Shown: positions 1 through 12,716 of the stretch, piece after piece
Layout: each line of letters begins with the position of its first letter
Position numbering within the stretch: position 1 is the first letter of the stretch
Notes under the pieces: generated by a model
Told to the model about the DNA's origin: nothing
Seen by the model: the letters and a program-made list of their open reading frames with translations, nothing else
Database searches by the model: none
Made by a program: the position numbers and the translations under genes
Assembly (NCBI GenBank): GCA_036172245.1
Contig: JAYWIR010000007.1
Coordinates: 3,038,001-3,102,000, forward strand
From: Raillietiella orientalis
Lineage: Eukaryota
Length of the DNA: 64,000 nucleotides
Direction of reading: 5' to 3'

Positions 1-1400
1 TTGAAGTGAGTTGTGTGAGTATTGCAAATGCAGTCCCGTGGACTCAACTTTGATTCTCGGTAAAAGATCGAGAAGAGAAGCGAGAAGACTCTGGTCAGCT
101 CTCAAGGTCTCTTTCGAGCTACCACTCTTCCATGATTTATCTCTGAGAAAAAAATTTTTAGAACTATCCCAGTTTTACTTTCTTTGAGGGAGGTGCGTAA
201 TTGACAACATCGGAAGTACAATTTCCTATCTTGGCTTTGCTTTTTTTAGATCATGAAGCACCCCTAGTTTTAAGAGATTAGGAGTTTGCAATTTTTAATG
301 AGAGTTAATTTTTTATCTCAGATTGCTAAGAGCACGAGCCATGGTTCCTTTGTAATCTCCTTCTTTACAATTCATCTTCACAACTGTAGAAATCTCTTCC
401 GGAGTTCATGCATCCTTGGTTCATTATGCTCCGACTAGTTGTTCGTCAAGATTTATGGTCACAAGTTTATACAAATTTCTTCTCAGATGTATCCGAAACA
501 TGGAAAGACATCTTTCTTCTTCTCCCATGTCCATATGCTCATTTCAATCATGTCCACCTTTCACTGTTGCTTATCTTATCGTTAATTGGAATTTATGTCT
601 TCACGAAAAACATATTTCTCTGCTTCAAGATAAGAAGCGCTGAAGCAGCCGAAGGACTTTCCGTTACCTGGACTGAGTCATAAGTCACAAACCGCCGTGT
701 TCTCATAAAAAAACATTGGCATCATGACTCGGGGCAGCATTTAGCTGTACCAATTTTTTTGTGTTTGAATAGAGTTCAGGCCAGCTATAACCGCAGTGCT
801 CACTGCATTCGACCTTAAGCGAATGAGTATGTTCTTTTAGAAGAATTTTAACATTTGGATGTACCTGAAAAGCACATCGTTCTCGAATAAGTTCATGTTC
901 TTCGCTCGAGCACTGCGCTCGCCTTGAATGACCTTTGCACTTTTTGAAGAAAGAAACTTCAAATAACGAATTGTCAGGGAATGTTCAAGAAGTGCAAGAA
1001 TCCATTGAGCTGCAAATGAATGGGAGATGCTATCATCTGTGGAGTGCATCTTAATGATGGCTTAAGCCAGATGTATCTAATTCTCTGGTTGAAGTGGGAA
1101 AAACACGTGCAGAAAGATGACAAAACTCGCTTCATGTGATGTTTACATCCCATGTGTCATGCCATTTATCGGCGATCTTCTAAGGAAGAAAAGAATGTGT
1201 GTGCTGATGCCGGTGCTTGCGTTAATCCTTTGCTTGTTTGATCCCTTGCGTCTCCTATGATTACGGTCATATCAAAACCTTGGAAAACTCGTGAAACAAA
1301 GTCTGCTTCTGGGAATATTTTGATTTATCTGTACTGTGGAACACCAAGAATTTGATGCTTATAGTAACCATGCATTCACAGAGGCACGAAACAAAGATAA
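1..1400 (-). pseudogene. Family G copy (partial, runs off window start); unknown large protein
   Basis: Broken minus-strand frames read STAVIAGLNS and AVCDL*LSPGNGKSF, matching QTAFLNGLSS and LVDDL*AEPLGRHRF of the 26480-29700 copy in the same order. Confidence 0.55.
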
Positions 1401-1889
1401 AATCTTAAAATGGAGAACCGCTTTCTATGTTTTAGTTCCTTAAACAGTGTTGAGTATTCGAGCAGCCTCCCTTCCCCATTCTTGAGTGGTTTAAACCTCA
1501 CAGAGACTTCAGTTTGCTCTTCCGTAAAATCGTGGAGCAGTGACATACAGGCCCGCTACTTGCAGGCTTCATTTGTGCATTCTCTGTCGTATCTTGGAGG
1601 CCTTTAGTGTCTTTTTTTTCTTCTTTTTTTTTTCTTCTCCCCGAGCGAGGGACCTCTACTCCATGGAAGGGAATAGCAGCTTTGTAATGTTCTTAGGGCA
1701 TCTGACAGTTTCATTTCCTGCCGCCATGTGGTTCACTGATCCATGACAAGATTCGAAAGATAGAAGAAGCAATCATCATGCTATCTACTTATCAGATGTG
1801 TGCGTTGGATGGTGCCGCGAATCGATACCACGAAACAAGAGGAAGCTGAGTCAAGGTGGGCGCATCGTTTAAGTGAAGTCACACGCCTT

Positions 1890-2900
1890 CTCAAGGTATG
1901 CTCCTTAAGGTAGCATCTTCAGGTCCGATTCTTAAGGTCGCTTGCAAGTTGATTTTCAGACTTACGAACGCCCTTAGGTCCGGAAATTCATGAGAAGTAA
2001 CCACCGGCGTGGTTGGGGACGAATTTTTTGCATGTGCAATCTCAGGGTTCGTTGTCAAAAGTGAAGGAGTTTCTGCATTTGAGAACGTGCAGATATGCCT
2101 AGGAGGAAAGAATCTTTCCGAAGAGCATGTTAGCATCTCCAAATTTTCGTGAGCGCCCTTTCCTAACGATGTTACTCTCCTCACGAGTTTGGAAGCTCAG
2201 GAAAGCAAATGGAGAGACTCTCAAATTGCGATGAGCAGACCGTGTCTCACCTCTTTGCGCTGGACGTGTCTTGGACGACGGCATGATTCGGTGGACTTCT
2301 GCAATGCGAATGAGATGTGCAAGGTTCGAGGTATGGCATTGAGGTATGCCATATGCAAAAGATGTGGCACAGTTTTTTGGGGAAGTGAAGGATTCCGCAA
2401 CCCACTCACTTCTAACGAAAAGCAGATGCCTAAGTTGATTTCCTTTCCAGGAGCTTGGGATTCCGAGCTCTGCTATCCCAAGTCTCCCAAATATACCGGA
2501 ATTCCTGAAAAATGCAAAGGTAGAAGCTGTTGATCCGCTACTCGTAGAGAAGGTGCCATTCACAATGAGATCCTCGCAAGTCATAACAAGGGATAAAAGA
2601 TTCCTTTGCAGAGCTCTTCAGTTTCCAAAAATGTAGGAAAAAATCCACGTTTGCCTTCCTGTGAGTAATCCAAGATTCCTTCAGGAGGTTTTCTAAGAGT
2701 AGTTCTGCATTTGGGTGCATGGATCCTCTGAAATTCCGTGGTACAGCCGCCAGTTCGCAGCCAGAAGGCTGGTCTTAGTTGCTCTTGACCATCGCTTACG
2801 GCGTACTCAGATTCCTTCTTCGACATGCATTCCTCCAGCATCTCCTTTCTATATACTTTCTTCCATTATCTCGGTTTGCTGTACTGCATATAGAGCAGTG
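1890..2900 (-). pseudogene. Family D copy; unknown ~430-aa protein
   Basis: KLKSSAKESFIPCYDLRGSHCEW resembles SLKL*KESFTATNLHEEW (~30900, -) and RKSFLEDYIPSGFL (~13850, +). RWSRATKTSLLAA sits at the position of the W-R-L-K-L-W block of other copies. Confidence 0.5.
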
Positions 2901-3599
2901 ACGGGCAGGTTATTTGTCTCAATGGGTTTCAGCCTGACAGACTTTTTGAAGCACCAGCAATGTGGATACTCATGAAGTACATCCGCTAGTCTGTGCCAAT
3001 GGCTTACATCAGCCTCATTAACTAATGATTATGGAAGTTTTCAAGTTCATAATCATCAATCTTTAGAACTTGCCTTCTAAAAAATTCCTCCTAGCTGGTA
3101 GCAAACGTTATTACTGCTGCTTCACTTTCCTATGAATGATTTAGGATTGCACTTGGAAAAAATTTAGGCTGTACTGCACTGTACAATGCTTTTTGGTATG
3201 TGCCATATGCGAATCCTCCCAGACCCATGCACCGAAAGATGCGATTTTCACTCGTCGTCAGAGTAAACGATCAGATGTTATTACAGTGCTTTTTTTTCCA
3301 GACCAGCAGTCTTTGAAAATCAAGAAGAAGGTTGGCCATAGTGAGCACAAATTCCTATACAAATGTTAGTCCGTATATGTGCGTATTTATTTGCAAATGT
3401 TTTGCCTGCATAGGAGTACACGCTAACGTGCGTGCATAATTTCTTTATTAAATCTTTCTTAATGCGTAGTGTTGTAATGAAGAGAGATATCACCGTCTGC
3501 ATTCGAAGAATGGAGCCATCAATACGACTGCAAATGCTCGCTGTACTGAAAAATAGGTACATTGTAGCTTACATAAGGTTCAGGGTTGAGAATTGTTCG

Positions 3600-4350
3600 T
3601 TCGTATGTAGTGGTGTTCGCACCTCCTTCCTTCATTTTTTCATCATTCTATTCCATCATTCTTCCATCTTCTTTCATTTCCTTCCTCATCATCTTCCGGC
3701 GAAGTCTGCGTCGGCGATGGAATGGTGTTACCAAACACCAAAGTTCCAGCCTTTTGGTTGCGAGGAGACGATTGATCTCTTCCTCCGAGAGACAAAAAAG
3801 ATCTTCCCGTCCGCAACCATGCGAAGACGCAGCTGATTGCATTCTCTACGGAATGACGCAGTGGCTTCTGTTTTGTTTTGCTTTTGCTTTCTGCGATCAT
3901 GTGCTGACGTCTGTCTGTGCCACAAACAGAAGATTCCGGAGGGGAACGCTAATTCCCTCCAGGATCAGCTACCACAGCTTTCCTCTTCCCTCTCAAAGGA
4001 TTTGGAATCGAGTCTTCCTACTCTAATGAGAATGGCAGGCTCAGGAGCAAGCAGGAAGAAGAAAGGAAGGTCTTCGTGTCCACCGTAGGCGGAATGCCAA
4101 TAAAGTTGTCCACGGGGCCGAATGGGAGGATTTCAGTGGATCCATCTATGCATCCAAAAGAATGCTTGCAGTTCCACTTTCAGCTTCCGCAGGGTGAGAT
4201 TCTTCTATCGGAAGGCAAATGAGTGTTTCGTGAGCTTCTGCTCTGCGCTTGCTGAGGACGGCAGTCAGATAGCCCCGCCTGGAGCATACTCGTATGGAAC
4301 TTGACTGCATCCTGGAAAGGATGTATAGGACGGCCTTCGTTAGCCCTCTC
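3600..4350 (-). pseudogene. Putative family H copy; unknown protein
   Basis: Broken coding-like frames. SILLD (catccaaaagaatgc on +, ~4151) resembles SVFLD (catccaggaaaacgc, ~25895) and gatccgggaagattgc (~13219). Weak. Confidence 0.35.
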
Positions 4351-4399
4351 ATTTTTTTTATATAGTGGATTTTATTTTTATTTTTATTTTTAGGTTTGT

Positions 4400-5450
4400 T
4401 TTTCCCCTTCCCCTCCGTGGCTGAGGCGAACCTCGCCAGGGGGGTGCATGCCGATTACTCGGCAGGTTCCGAGCACTCTCGGACGTCGCAGGGCCGATGG
4501 CCCTAAACAGGATTGTTCGTTTAAATAAATGCCCCAGTACATCCGGGTGTGAAACCACCACCACCTTTACTTGCAGTTTCCGTCCTCTTCAGCGCAAGTG
4601 GCAAAATTTTGTTCTCCCGCTTGAAAGACAGTCTGAATCGTTCCCTGGAGTTTGTGCATTCCTCTTTTCGGTTGCTCATCACTTCCTTTCTCCTACCAGA
4701 TCGGATAGCGCGTGTCGGTACGAGCGAGAGAACCCTATCCGTTTTCTCCCATCGCTGTCGGCAAGTCCACCTTCCCGAAAAATTCCTCGGCGAGGCAACC
4801 CATATCAAAGGAAGGTCCTCGAACCATCAGGCTCTACTTCCAAGGCGAGAAAGAACGAAACCGCCACTTGCGCTTCCGCTGCTTGATTGCCTACATCGAA
4901 GAGAGCCTGCGGAGTGGCAGGAACATCCCCCTTTCTCTCCTCTCGAGATCGCATGCAGGTCTCTAGGGAATAAGCAGAGGTATCTTTCGAAGGGCTCGTC
5001 CGTCTGCAAAGGGAATGGGAGTCCCTAACGCTGAGGGTTCTTCCCTTGGAGCTTGTGGACCAGAGACGGCGCACTAGAAAAGGGAACTTTTCTGCTTCTA
5101 GTGCATCTCGCATTCGAATCTGGGGTAGAACCTGAAATAAGGAAGAGGGGAGAGAGGTGCACTCCGGCTGCACTTCGATCGTAGCCTTGAACTTTGGTTT
5201 ATTCTCATGGGCTGATCTTGAACAGTGTCCTGGTGCCTCGCATGTACTGCCCTCTGCTGTGAAATTTTTCAGGTTGTCACCAAGTGCTGCGACTAAACGG
5301 AAGCTCCAATTGCGACTTGTGTCCTCAGGCGACTTCGAGAGAATGTTCCGATCCAGCAAACCCTTGGCGAATTTTGCTCTGTGTTCTCTGTTCCCCGTTC
5401 GCCTTCCGACCCTTCTGCACATAGCTCAGGATTGGCCGCAACACTACCTT
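4400..5450 (-). pseudogene. Family B copy; unknown protein
   Basis: ORF 4805..5422 contains PGHCS (5219-5233), shared with 35090-35104 with 4 synonymous codon differences. Lies directly downstream of a family C copy. Confidence 0.6.
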
Positions 5451-5489
5451 CGATTAAAGAGGTCTGACTCTTCGATGAGATGAGGAAGT

Positions 5490-5930
5490 GAAAAAGGACC
5501 AGACGTTCTTTCTCCAACGCAGCTGAAACGGGCACGTCCAGTGGCTCCAGGCGCGTTTGCGAGATGCATGAAGCATCCGCTTTCTGTGGAACGGAAAGGC
5601 ATTGACTTTTGAGAGGAAAAGTTTCTGCAATTTGATTAGGGAGGGAGCCTGTCCGACAAACCCCGAAGGGCAGCGCACTCCGGAAACGATCGATGCTGCT
5701 GGTGAAGCAGAAACCTGACGCAAGGTAACCCGTCTTCGACCTTTGGCGGGCACAGCCACAGACCGGAGGCGGTCTGAAGCCATGGGCACATAATAGAAGT
5801 TCTTACACACATCTGATGACAGGTGCAGAATCCTATGAAATGAATTGGTCACATGTCGTGGGAGGAAAGATGCATTCAAACAGAGACAAAGGTGACTTGG
5901 AGGAGGAAATGCGAGCAAGATGAAACGCAT
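5490..5930 (-). pseudogene. Family C copy; unknown protein
   Basis: ORF 5454..5930 has SPAASIVSGVRC...RAWSHW, matching LPAASLAAACC...RWLHL of the ~15200 and ~21900 copies. Confidence 0.5.
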
Positions 5931-6223
5931 ATTTAGCGCAGATTAATGGAACCATAAAGTTTGAACCGAGAGCTCTTTATGAGCACTACAGCAAGGTGAC
6001 CTATGGAAGAGGATAAAAAGAAGGCTGCGTTGATCATATGTTTAACACGAAAAATAAAGAAAAGATGGCAGACATTATTCATTCAAACAAGGGAAGTAAT
6101 CGGCAGGCAGTCAAGGAGCACGTCATTCGGGAACTTATGCAAGATCAGATACCAATGGGGGAAAATAAGGCGCGAAAAGAATAGAGATTTCTGCGATGCA
6201 ACAAAACGCAGCCTCAGCTAATC

Positions 6224-6780
6224 TTAGCTTTCCGACAGCACCCCTGGCGAGTGCCAACATCTGGAAGCGGAGGCAAGAAAGCATACTTCTTCTGGATGCA
6301 ACCAGCAGACTTCCAACAACCTACTGATCATGGTCTTTCCATTCCAAACAAGATGTACTGCAGTCCTGGACGCAATGGCTGTCTGCAAGCAAATGCTACC
6401 CAGTTTTTTTTTTTGTTTTTGGTGCCACATTTTGCTGCACCTGCCTTCGAATCTAGGGTAGAACCTAAAATATGGAGTAAAGAGGGTTCCCCGGTCGCCC
6501 TTCGATCGTAGCCTGCAAATTTGGTTTATTCGGATGGGCTGAAGTAGAACAGTGTGACCTGGTGCATCTCGCGTACTGCACTCTGCTGTGAAGTGTCGAC
6601 TGCCTTTTCCACGATACTTCCAAGATTTCGTCCGAAAACGAAATCTGGGGAGTATTCCTCTGTGTCTGCAACCGACGGCACGAATATCTTGGAATAATGG
6701 CAAGGAAAAACGTACTCTGTGGACTTTGAAAGGCGTCAAAAAGTCAAGAACCAAGAAAACTTCCGGGCTCCACCTCAACT
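6224..6780 (-). pseudogene. Partial family B duplicate
   Basis: 6446-6592 aligns at DNA level with 5113-5263 (roughly three-quarters identical by eye); FTAECSTRDAPGH vs FTAEGSTCEAPGH. Confidence 0.7.
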
Positions 6781-6791
6781 AAGAGGACAAC

Positions 6792-6889
6792 AAGAGCACG
6801 AGTCTCTTGCTACCATTTCCTCCGAGTTGGCGGCTGTATGGCTGCGGTCTCCGCGCGTGGCACCAAGGACTCTGGGTTCTAATCCAGCC
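6792..6889. repeat. 98-bp direct repeat, copy 1 (3' piece of family A)
   Basis: Matches 8362-8459 with 4 mismatches and no gaps. Confidence 0.95.
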
Positions 6890-7062
6890 TGGGAAAGGAA
6901 GCGAAAAGAATTTTCAAAAGGATCATTCTTAAGCACACTTCAGCAGCAGCAACTGCTGCTGTTGCAGTTTACTTCGGATCAGCCCGACTGGCTATACGTT
7001 CATTCGATTATCTGTAAAGGGACATAACGAGTGCCATCGGTCCGGAACTTGAAGTTGACGAG

Positions 7063-8330
7063 ATGTACAGGCCTATCATCGAGGCAACGAGCAGGAGGAA
7101 GAAGTCGTCAGGAACTGTGAACTTTTGCGAGGAAAATCCGAGTTCAAAGAAAGCAAAAGCGGACGACCAACCGCATTTCTTGAAGCCAGCTCCACAGCAA
7201 GTCCACATTTCACACGCTGCGAAGCTCGCGTCTTCCATTTTGCGAAAATATCCACGTGCTCTACCACTGGGAAGAGCAGTTCGACTGGCCAGGGCCGATT
7301 TTCTCAAGTGACCGCTTCTCAGGGCAAGAACGAGAGGCTCGCGGCTGGCCACGTCGCGATCTGGCTGCTCGGCGCAGACAAAGAGACTTCTTTTTTATTC
7401 GTTTGCGGCGGAGACAGTCGAAAAATGAATGACTGGGAATTTTGAATTTTGGCAAAAGCTCCCAGCCGATATTTCGCCGTATGTGAGAAGCAAGAAATGA
7501 TACCGGCTGTATCAGTTCGTTTCTCCTCCGCCACGTTCGCGCTCGTTAATCGATCATTTCGGTCGATCTACGTCGGTATGTTTGTTGATGCGAGATGATC
7601 TCGGCCTACTCAGTCAGTCTGGGAGGATCAAAAGTGACGGCTGTTTCAAACCTCCTTGCGTCATCTGCATTTGGGATCTCTCCCCAAAAATCCCGAAAAG
7701 GACCCCCGCCGGAAGATCACCGTCAGAAAGTTCACCCCAGAGTTTCTGGATGACCGTTAAAGAAGTCTGCGGAAGAGCGAAACGTGACCTGGACGTTTGC
7801 CAGCAGCGGGCATGGAATGACCTTCAGCGCAACCATGTAAGAGTGCCCAGAATGAGGAGGGGCGTTGCCCCGATTCTGAGCACTCTTTGGTGCCAAGAAA
7901 GTCTAGCTCACTCTGATAAAGAAAGGCTTAAATCTAGGGAACCTCCGTGCCTTGCTAGGGGAGGACTTCCTTTGCAACGGAGAGTGCACAGTGCGCTCCG
8001 TGGCTACTGGTCCATCCACGCAACGCGATTCAGCCTCCTTCCCGTACGAGATGCTCTCACCAAGAACGGTGTGGATAAGGTGCGCGCGTGTCTACGGTAC
8101 ACGCGTAGGCGGAGGAGTATGCAGAACTCATCCTCCCGAATATTCTCTTCAGCGGCCAACCTTTCAGGGAGACGCAAACGTCCAGAGGGCTTCTCGGAAG
8201 AAGCAGGAGCTGTTAGCGCTGCAAGAAGAGGGCTGAGTTGTCATTCCCAACGTTCCATTTTTCTCGAAAGCTCCCCAGGGATTTTGAGGCAGCGCAAAGG
8301 AAAAAGACAAATGCAGACCACTAGCGCTTC
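7063..8330 (+). pseudogene. Family D copy (near full length)
   Basis: RKYPRA, RKFTPEFL, NDLQRNH, GGLPLQ, SIHAT (8011-8025) and LLPVRDAL occur across frameshifts. They match KRYPRV, RDHFSPRFL, GGDLPLH and SIHAT of the ~16-17 kb copy, and DELRKNH and LLLPRDAL of the ~25 kb copy. Confidence 0.7.
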
Positions 8331-8359
8331 GCTTCTAGGCTGGAAGAATTCCTGCGCCA

Positions 8360-9300
8360 ATAAGAGCAGGAGTCTCTTGCCACCGTTTCCTCCGAGTTGG
8401 CGGCTGTATGGCTGCGGTCTCCGCGCGTGGCACCAAGGACTCTGGGTTATAATCCAGCCCTTAAAAGGACCCATGCCGAGAAATGGGTCCGTCATGGGTT
8501 TCGATTCCTCCCCTCTCCCTCCGCAGGATGACTCTGTTCGTCCTGTCGGCTTCGGGTGCAGCACTGCTGGAAGCCAGAAACTCCCAGATGTACCTGTTGA
8601 CTAGCCGGGATTGGAAGTCGACCCTTTGGTTTTCTTCCAGGAATCGAGGGGTTCCGGGTTCCCCTCCTGTTGTGAAAATGGAACTGTCCCCCCAAATAGA
8701 TGACCCTCCATCACGTACAATGAAAGTGTTTGATACCCCCCTCGGTGTTGACCCTCTAGAGTGTCAGAAGCGGGCTGCTCCCTTCGGGGAGCGCCCTTCA
8801 GGAAAATTTCGGAAGAGTTCTCTTCAGAGGAGGAGGAAATTAGGAGCGGTTTCCTTGCGGTTGCGGGCTCTCCAATGGAGAAGAAATTAGGAGTACCCCC
8901 TCCGGGGGTTCTCCCAGAGAGAAGGTCTCACTTCCTTGAGTTCCCTTGCCAGCCTTTCCTGTATCTCAGGATCCAAGGAATGGTGATAAGGGAGGTCACG
9001 ATCACGCGGAATGATGTCAGTCGAACGTGTCGGTGAGAAGCCGGGATAACTCAGCATCCAGTTTTCTTGAGATATCTTTTGTAACCTTGCTTGAGGTCCT
9101 CGTCCATGGAGCAGGGACTTCACATGGAGGTGGACCAGATGAGGAAGCGGGGAAATGGTCGCGAATCCCTCTCTCCAGCTCATTGAAACCCCTGCTTCCT
9201 ACCAAATGCGGCAAAGTAGATGTACTTTGCTTATACAGAAGAAAGAAATTCCAGGTCACGTCTGTAACGCTAGAGACCGAACGAAACCCAAAGCCTCTAG
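8360..9300 (-). pseudogene. Family A copy; unknown protein
   Basis: LLISSSSEEN, EGRSPKG, IFTTGGE (FTTG 8665-8676), DSWK, AAPE..R...VILR and LVPRAETAA; DNA alignable with 20620-21050 and 32480-32740. Confidence 0.7.
8362..8459. repeat. 98-bp direct repeat, copy 2
   Basis: 94/98 identical to 6792-6889. Confidence 0.95.
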
Positions 9301-9359
9301 GAGAGTCCAGAAAGCCACAAAAGACAAACTAGCGATCATTCTGGTGGTCTTCAGGTGAG

Positions 9360-10245
9360 AAAAGGATTGTGACCTCCGCATGCACTTAAGAACATTTCAA
9401 AATGCAGGGAAGCGAGGAGAGCAAGAAACAAGTCAAGCGCCTTCAAGGAAACAAAGAGCTCGCGCACCGTGGCGTTCGAGGCGCTGACGTAGCTGTGCAG
9501 ACATCCAGAAAGCCTCCAAGTGCGGAAACAGTGAGAGTGAAATAAAACAGTCAGTTCCAGCATGAATAGGCTCTTGAACTCACGTTTTCCATGAGCACCC
9601 GGCGCGTGGACGGAATTTCACATCAGCCTTGATTGATCACATCAAGGTGACGAGCGTACATGCTCGGGAGGAGCCAGTCAAAGAGCACTTACTGTACAAA
9701 GTCGCTTCTACGACCTTACCTCCTCCTAAGAAAAGGGTAGCACTATACACCCTGTTAGCACCGGAAAGCACGCCGGCGCTCCAGAAAGCACTCCAACGAA
9801 AAGGTCCTCAACGAGCACCCGTCCTCTTTCCATCAGTGGCTCAAGAGTCGGTTCCTATGGACGCCGCCGGTTCGCTGGCATACCGAGAACGACTCCAATG
9901 TCTCGAAACAGCAGGAACTTCGAGCCCGCTCTCCCATCAGACGAACAGAAGGATGGCATGGAATAAAGAGGAGGTTCGTTCCATCTTCACCTCCTCCTGC
10001 CTATCTATGTTTCGCCTACGCTTCTGTTCCATGCGTGCCATGCTACGAGATGTCTTCTCGTTGGCCCCCGTTCACATCTGCATAGGCCGGCGAGCGCTCC
10101 TCGTCTCCGTTCGTTTATTTCTGGGAGACGTACCGATGTATCGAGCAATGCTGGATGCTGGAGGCAACCGTGATGCGCTTCGTCTGGTCGAGGAATCCTC
10201 AGCTCTCCTCACTGAAACTTCGTCCGGGTCGTCCCAGTTCCCCAT
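9360..10245 (-). pseudogene. Putative family B copy
   Basis: Follows a family C copy. It begins MGNWDDPDEV..AEDSSTRRS, compare DLESSTTCS (~14970) and TLGSTTSM (~22220). Assigned mostly by position. Confidence 0.4.
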
Positions 10246-10249
10246 GTTC

Positions 10250-10860
10250 GTTCACTCTTGTCCTTCGCTGACGTGGAGGCAGCGGCATCTTTGCATTTGG
10301 TCTGCCGTCCCGCTCGATCCCCTTCGAACGCCTCGGGCGTGCTCCCGAAGTGGCCGGAGATTCGCAGCAGACTGATGGTAGCGTGCGTCAGCCGGTGCTG
10401 CTGCTGGAAGACGCCCTCCGAACGACGCGGCAGAGGACGGCCATCCGTCTTGAGACCCGCGCTGCGAGGAAGATGACGGTCTCAGGCGTTTGAATCGCTG
10501 CCGAGAGAAAGGATGCACCGCGGCTGCGGATGAGGCAAAGCCAACAGCCCAGGAAGGGGCCATTTGCCTCTTACAGAGCTGTCGCGAACCGGGACTGCTC
10601 CCACAGGAACGTGCCTTTCAGAGCAGCGTCCACTGAAGAACTCAGGGACGAGCTGAGATTTGGGTGGAAGTAAGCTTTGGAAGGAGGTGATTGAATCGAG
10701 CCATGAAAGAAGAACAGCAAAAATCACGGACCACCCGGGAACCTGGATTCTCTTGTCTCCCCCTCCTTGCCTTCCATCTCTTTCAGCTAGTTGTTCTTTC
10801 CCTTCCACATGCATGCACTCAAAGAAGATGAAAATCCACTGCTGCATTTTGTTGCGCAAG
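10250..10860 (-). pseudogene. Family C copy
   Basis: RCLHVSEGQE vs RWLHLRVIQE. DNA tggtagcgtgcgtc...gctggaagacgccc aligns with tggtagcagtgcgtc...gcttgaaaacgtccc at ~15300-15345. Confidence 0.55.
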
Positions 10861-11158
10861 AGCGACTGCTCATCCTCTCTTCAGTGACGAATGAAGCCAG
10901 ATGGTGAGAAAATAGTAACCAAAGATCCCTAAAAAGTCTGAGTCTGGGAACGTAAGAATAACTGTTGTTCCGCATCACTCTTTTTTTGTTCTCAGACCCA
11001 ACGCAGTTCGACGCTGCTTCGAGAATACAACCGAAAGGAGGAACAGAGAAAGTGGGGAGGCAGCCTCAGCGCGAATTGACAGGCAGCCGCGCCACAGCTG
11101 AGTGGATCGACAGCTTGGCGTGGGGAAAGACGTGAAAAAAGAGTTAATTTAAAGCGGA

Positions 11159-11700
11159 ATGCCGTATGAACCCTGGAGACCCCTGAATGGCACCGAGGGG
11201 CAGGTCATCTGGAGCGCTCCCAACGCCCCTTTGGGATTCGGAGAACGCTTTCGCTTCCGAGAGGGTTCAGCATTATGGCAGCCATTTTGTTCTCCTGTGG
11301 AGGCGATGTCGGATCACTGCGTGGGGGGACCCCTTTGCCCTGTTCCCCCATTTCATCCCTCCACTTCGTTGACACAATGGGGTTCTTCCAGGCCGCTCCG
11401 TGGACTGGCCGATTGCTGAAGAAGCTGCTGGCGTGGGTGGTGGAGGACCTCGAGGCTTTCTTGGAAGCAACCTTATCCGGGCCGGCAGGTGAAACTGCAG
11501 GTCTCGGCTCCTTGGTAACTCGCCGCTTGCGGGTCCACGGATGGCGGCTTTGAGGCGGATGTCCGAAGTATGAAATCTCTTGAAAACACTCTCCGTCACT
11601 GAGATGTCGTTCTGCCACTTTTCTTAACAAGGTTGTAGCACGACCTTTGAAGCACGAATCGAGATTGTCTTAACAGCAACACGCTGCCCCGAGCAGGGCA
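11159..11700 (+). pseudogene. Family D copy (5' part)
   Basis: WQPF..PVE...HCVGGPLCP and PWTGRLLKKLLAWVVED match W*PLPVEHLFVGTLFP and STWRRTLQKILVWARQD at ~16160-16350. Confidence 0.65.
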
Positions 11701-12716
11701 GGGTTCGGTTATCAAGGTCAAAAGCACTGCTTTTTTTGTTCTCTCTTTCTCTCTTTGCAATAAAAGTTTGTATTGTGCTCCATTCTATGAGCTATTGTTC
11801 TCTAGTATGAAGTGGAGAACAATGGTCCACAGATTCCCATCAGCTGATAGAAGGAAAATTATGCTGTGAGTATGCATGAGCCGGTCCTACTTTCACTTTT
11901 CACATAAATGGAATGCATTTTGTGGCTTCATCATTCCTCTGCATCAATTAGATAAATTGATATTAATGGAAATATTTATGTGATTTATTAACGTGTTTTT
12001 TTCTGTCCATTATTTATACTTCAAGCCATGTGCGCTGGCATGGTCCCCTTGCGGCGAAGAGGCGTACTGCATGGTGCCGGAGAATGCCGGGATGAATGAT
12101 TTGCAAGGATTTTCGGTAGACAATTTGCAGCCCGTCACTCGGAAGGTTTCAATATCGGAGAGCATGCAGATGTGCGCGTCTTCCGAGCTACAGTTCTCTG
12201 GGGATGGAAGCAAATCGACGAAAATAGAAAACCGTCAATGGCAGGGCATAGGGGAGAAATCAGGCCGCCGTGACCACCCCGCCAGACGTATACGTCTTTC
12301 TCCGTTGCATCAAAACCCGAAAAGTGTTCCAGGTTTCCAGATTCCGAAGTTGTAAAAGGTTTTCTTTTTTTCCTTTTTTTTACCGCCAGCACACCGGAGA
12401 AGCGCTTTGAGGATGTGCTCCAGTGTTGTTAGTAGAGAAGCCAAAGAACATGCAGATGCAAGCATGTAGAAAGATGATGAGGCCCACTACAACGGATCGA
12501 CCGAAAGCAAGCATTCAGAGCAACCACACCGATCCTTCTAACAAGGTAAAACTCCATCCCCTACTCGAATCCATACACAAAAATTCACAAAGTTCAGGAA
12601 TGCAGGAGAAGGATGAGAGGGTAAAGGAGTGATTCCGCCATTTTCTCAGCCTTATGCCTATTGACTGTGGTTCTGATCTTTCCTTGCTTCATCCAGAAAA
12701 CCTCAGGCTGGGGACC

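Noticed and set aside
4768..4795. HLPEKFLGE (+) resembling YLPEKFLRE (-, ~33880)
   Set aside because: The first is antisense to B and the second lies in G; there is no convincing flanking similarity, so I treat it as chance.
7582..8604. 340-aa ORF as an intact gene
   Set aside because: Only parts are in the family D frame, and its 3' end runs antisense into the family A copy.
8400..8700. Repeated GC-rich block as a tRNA, SINE or ribozyme
   Set aside because: I could build no cloverleaf or catalytic core, and substitutions follow the minus-strand codon pattern.
9629..10375. 248-aa plus-strand ORF with PPPKKR
   Set aside because: It is antisense to the C/B copies and has no counterpart at the other copies.
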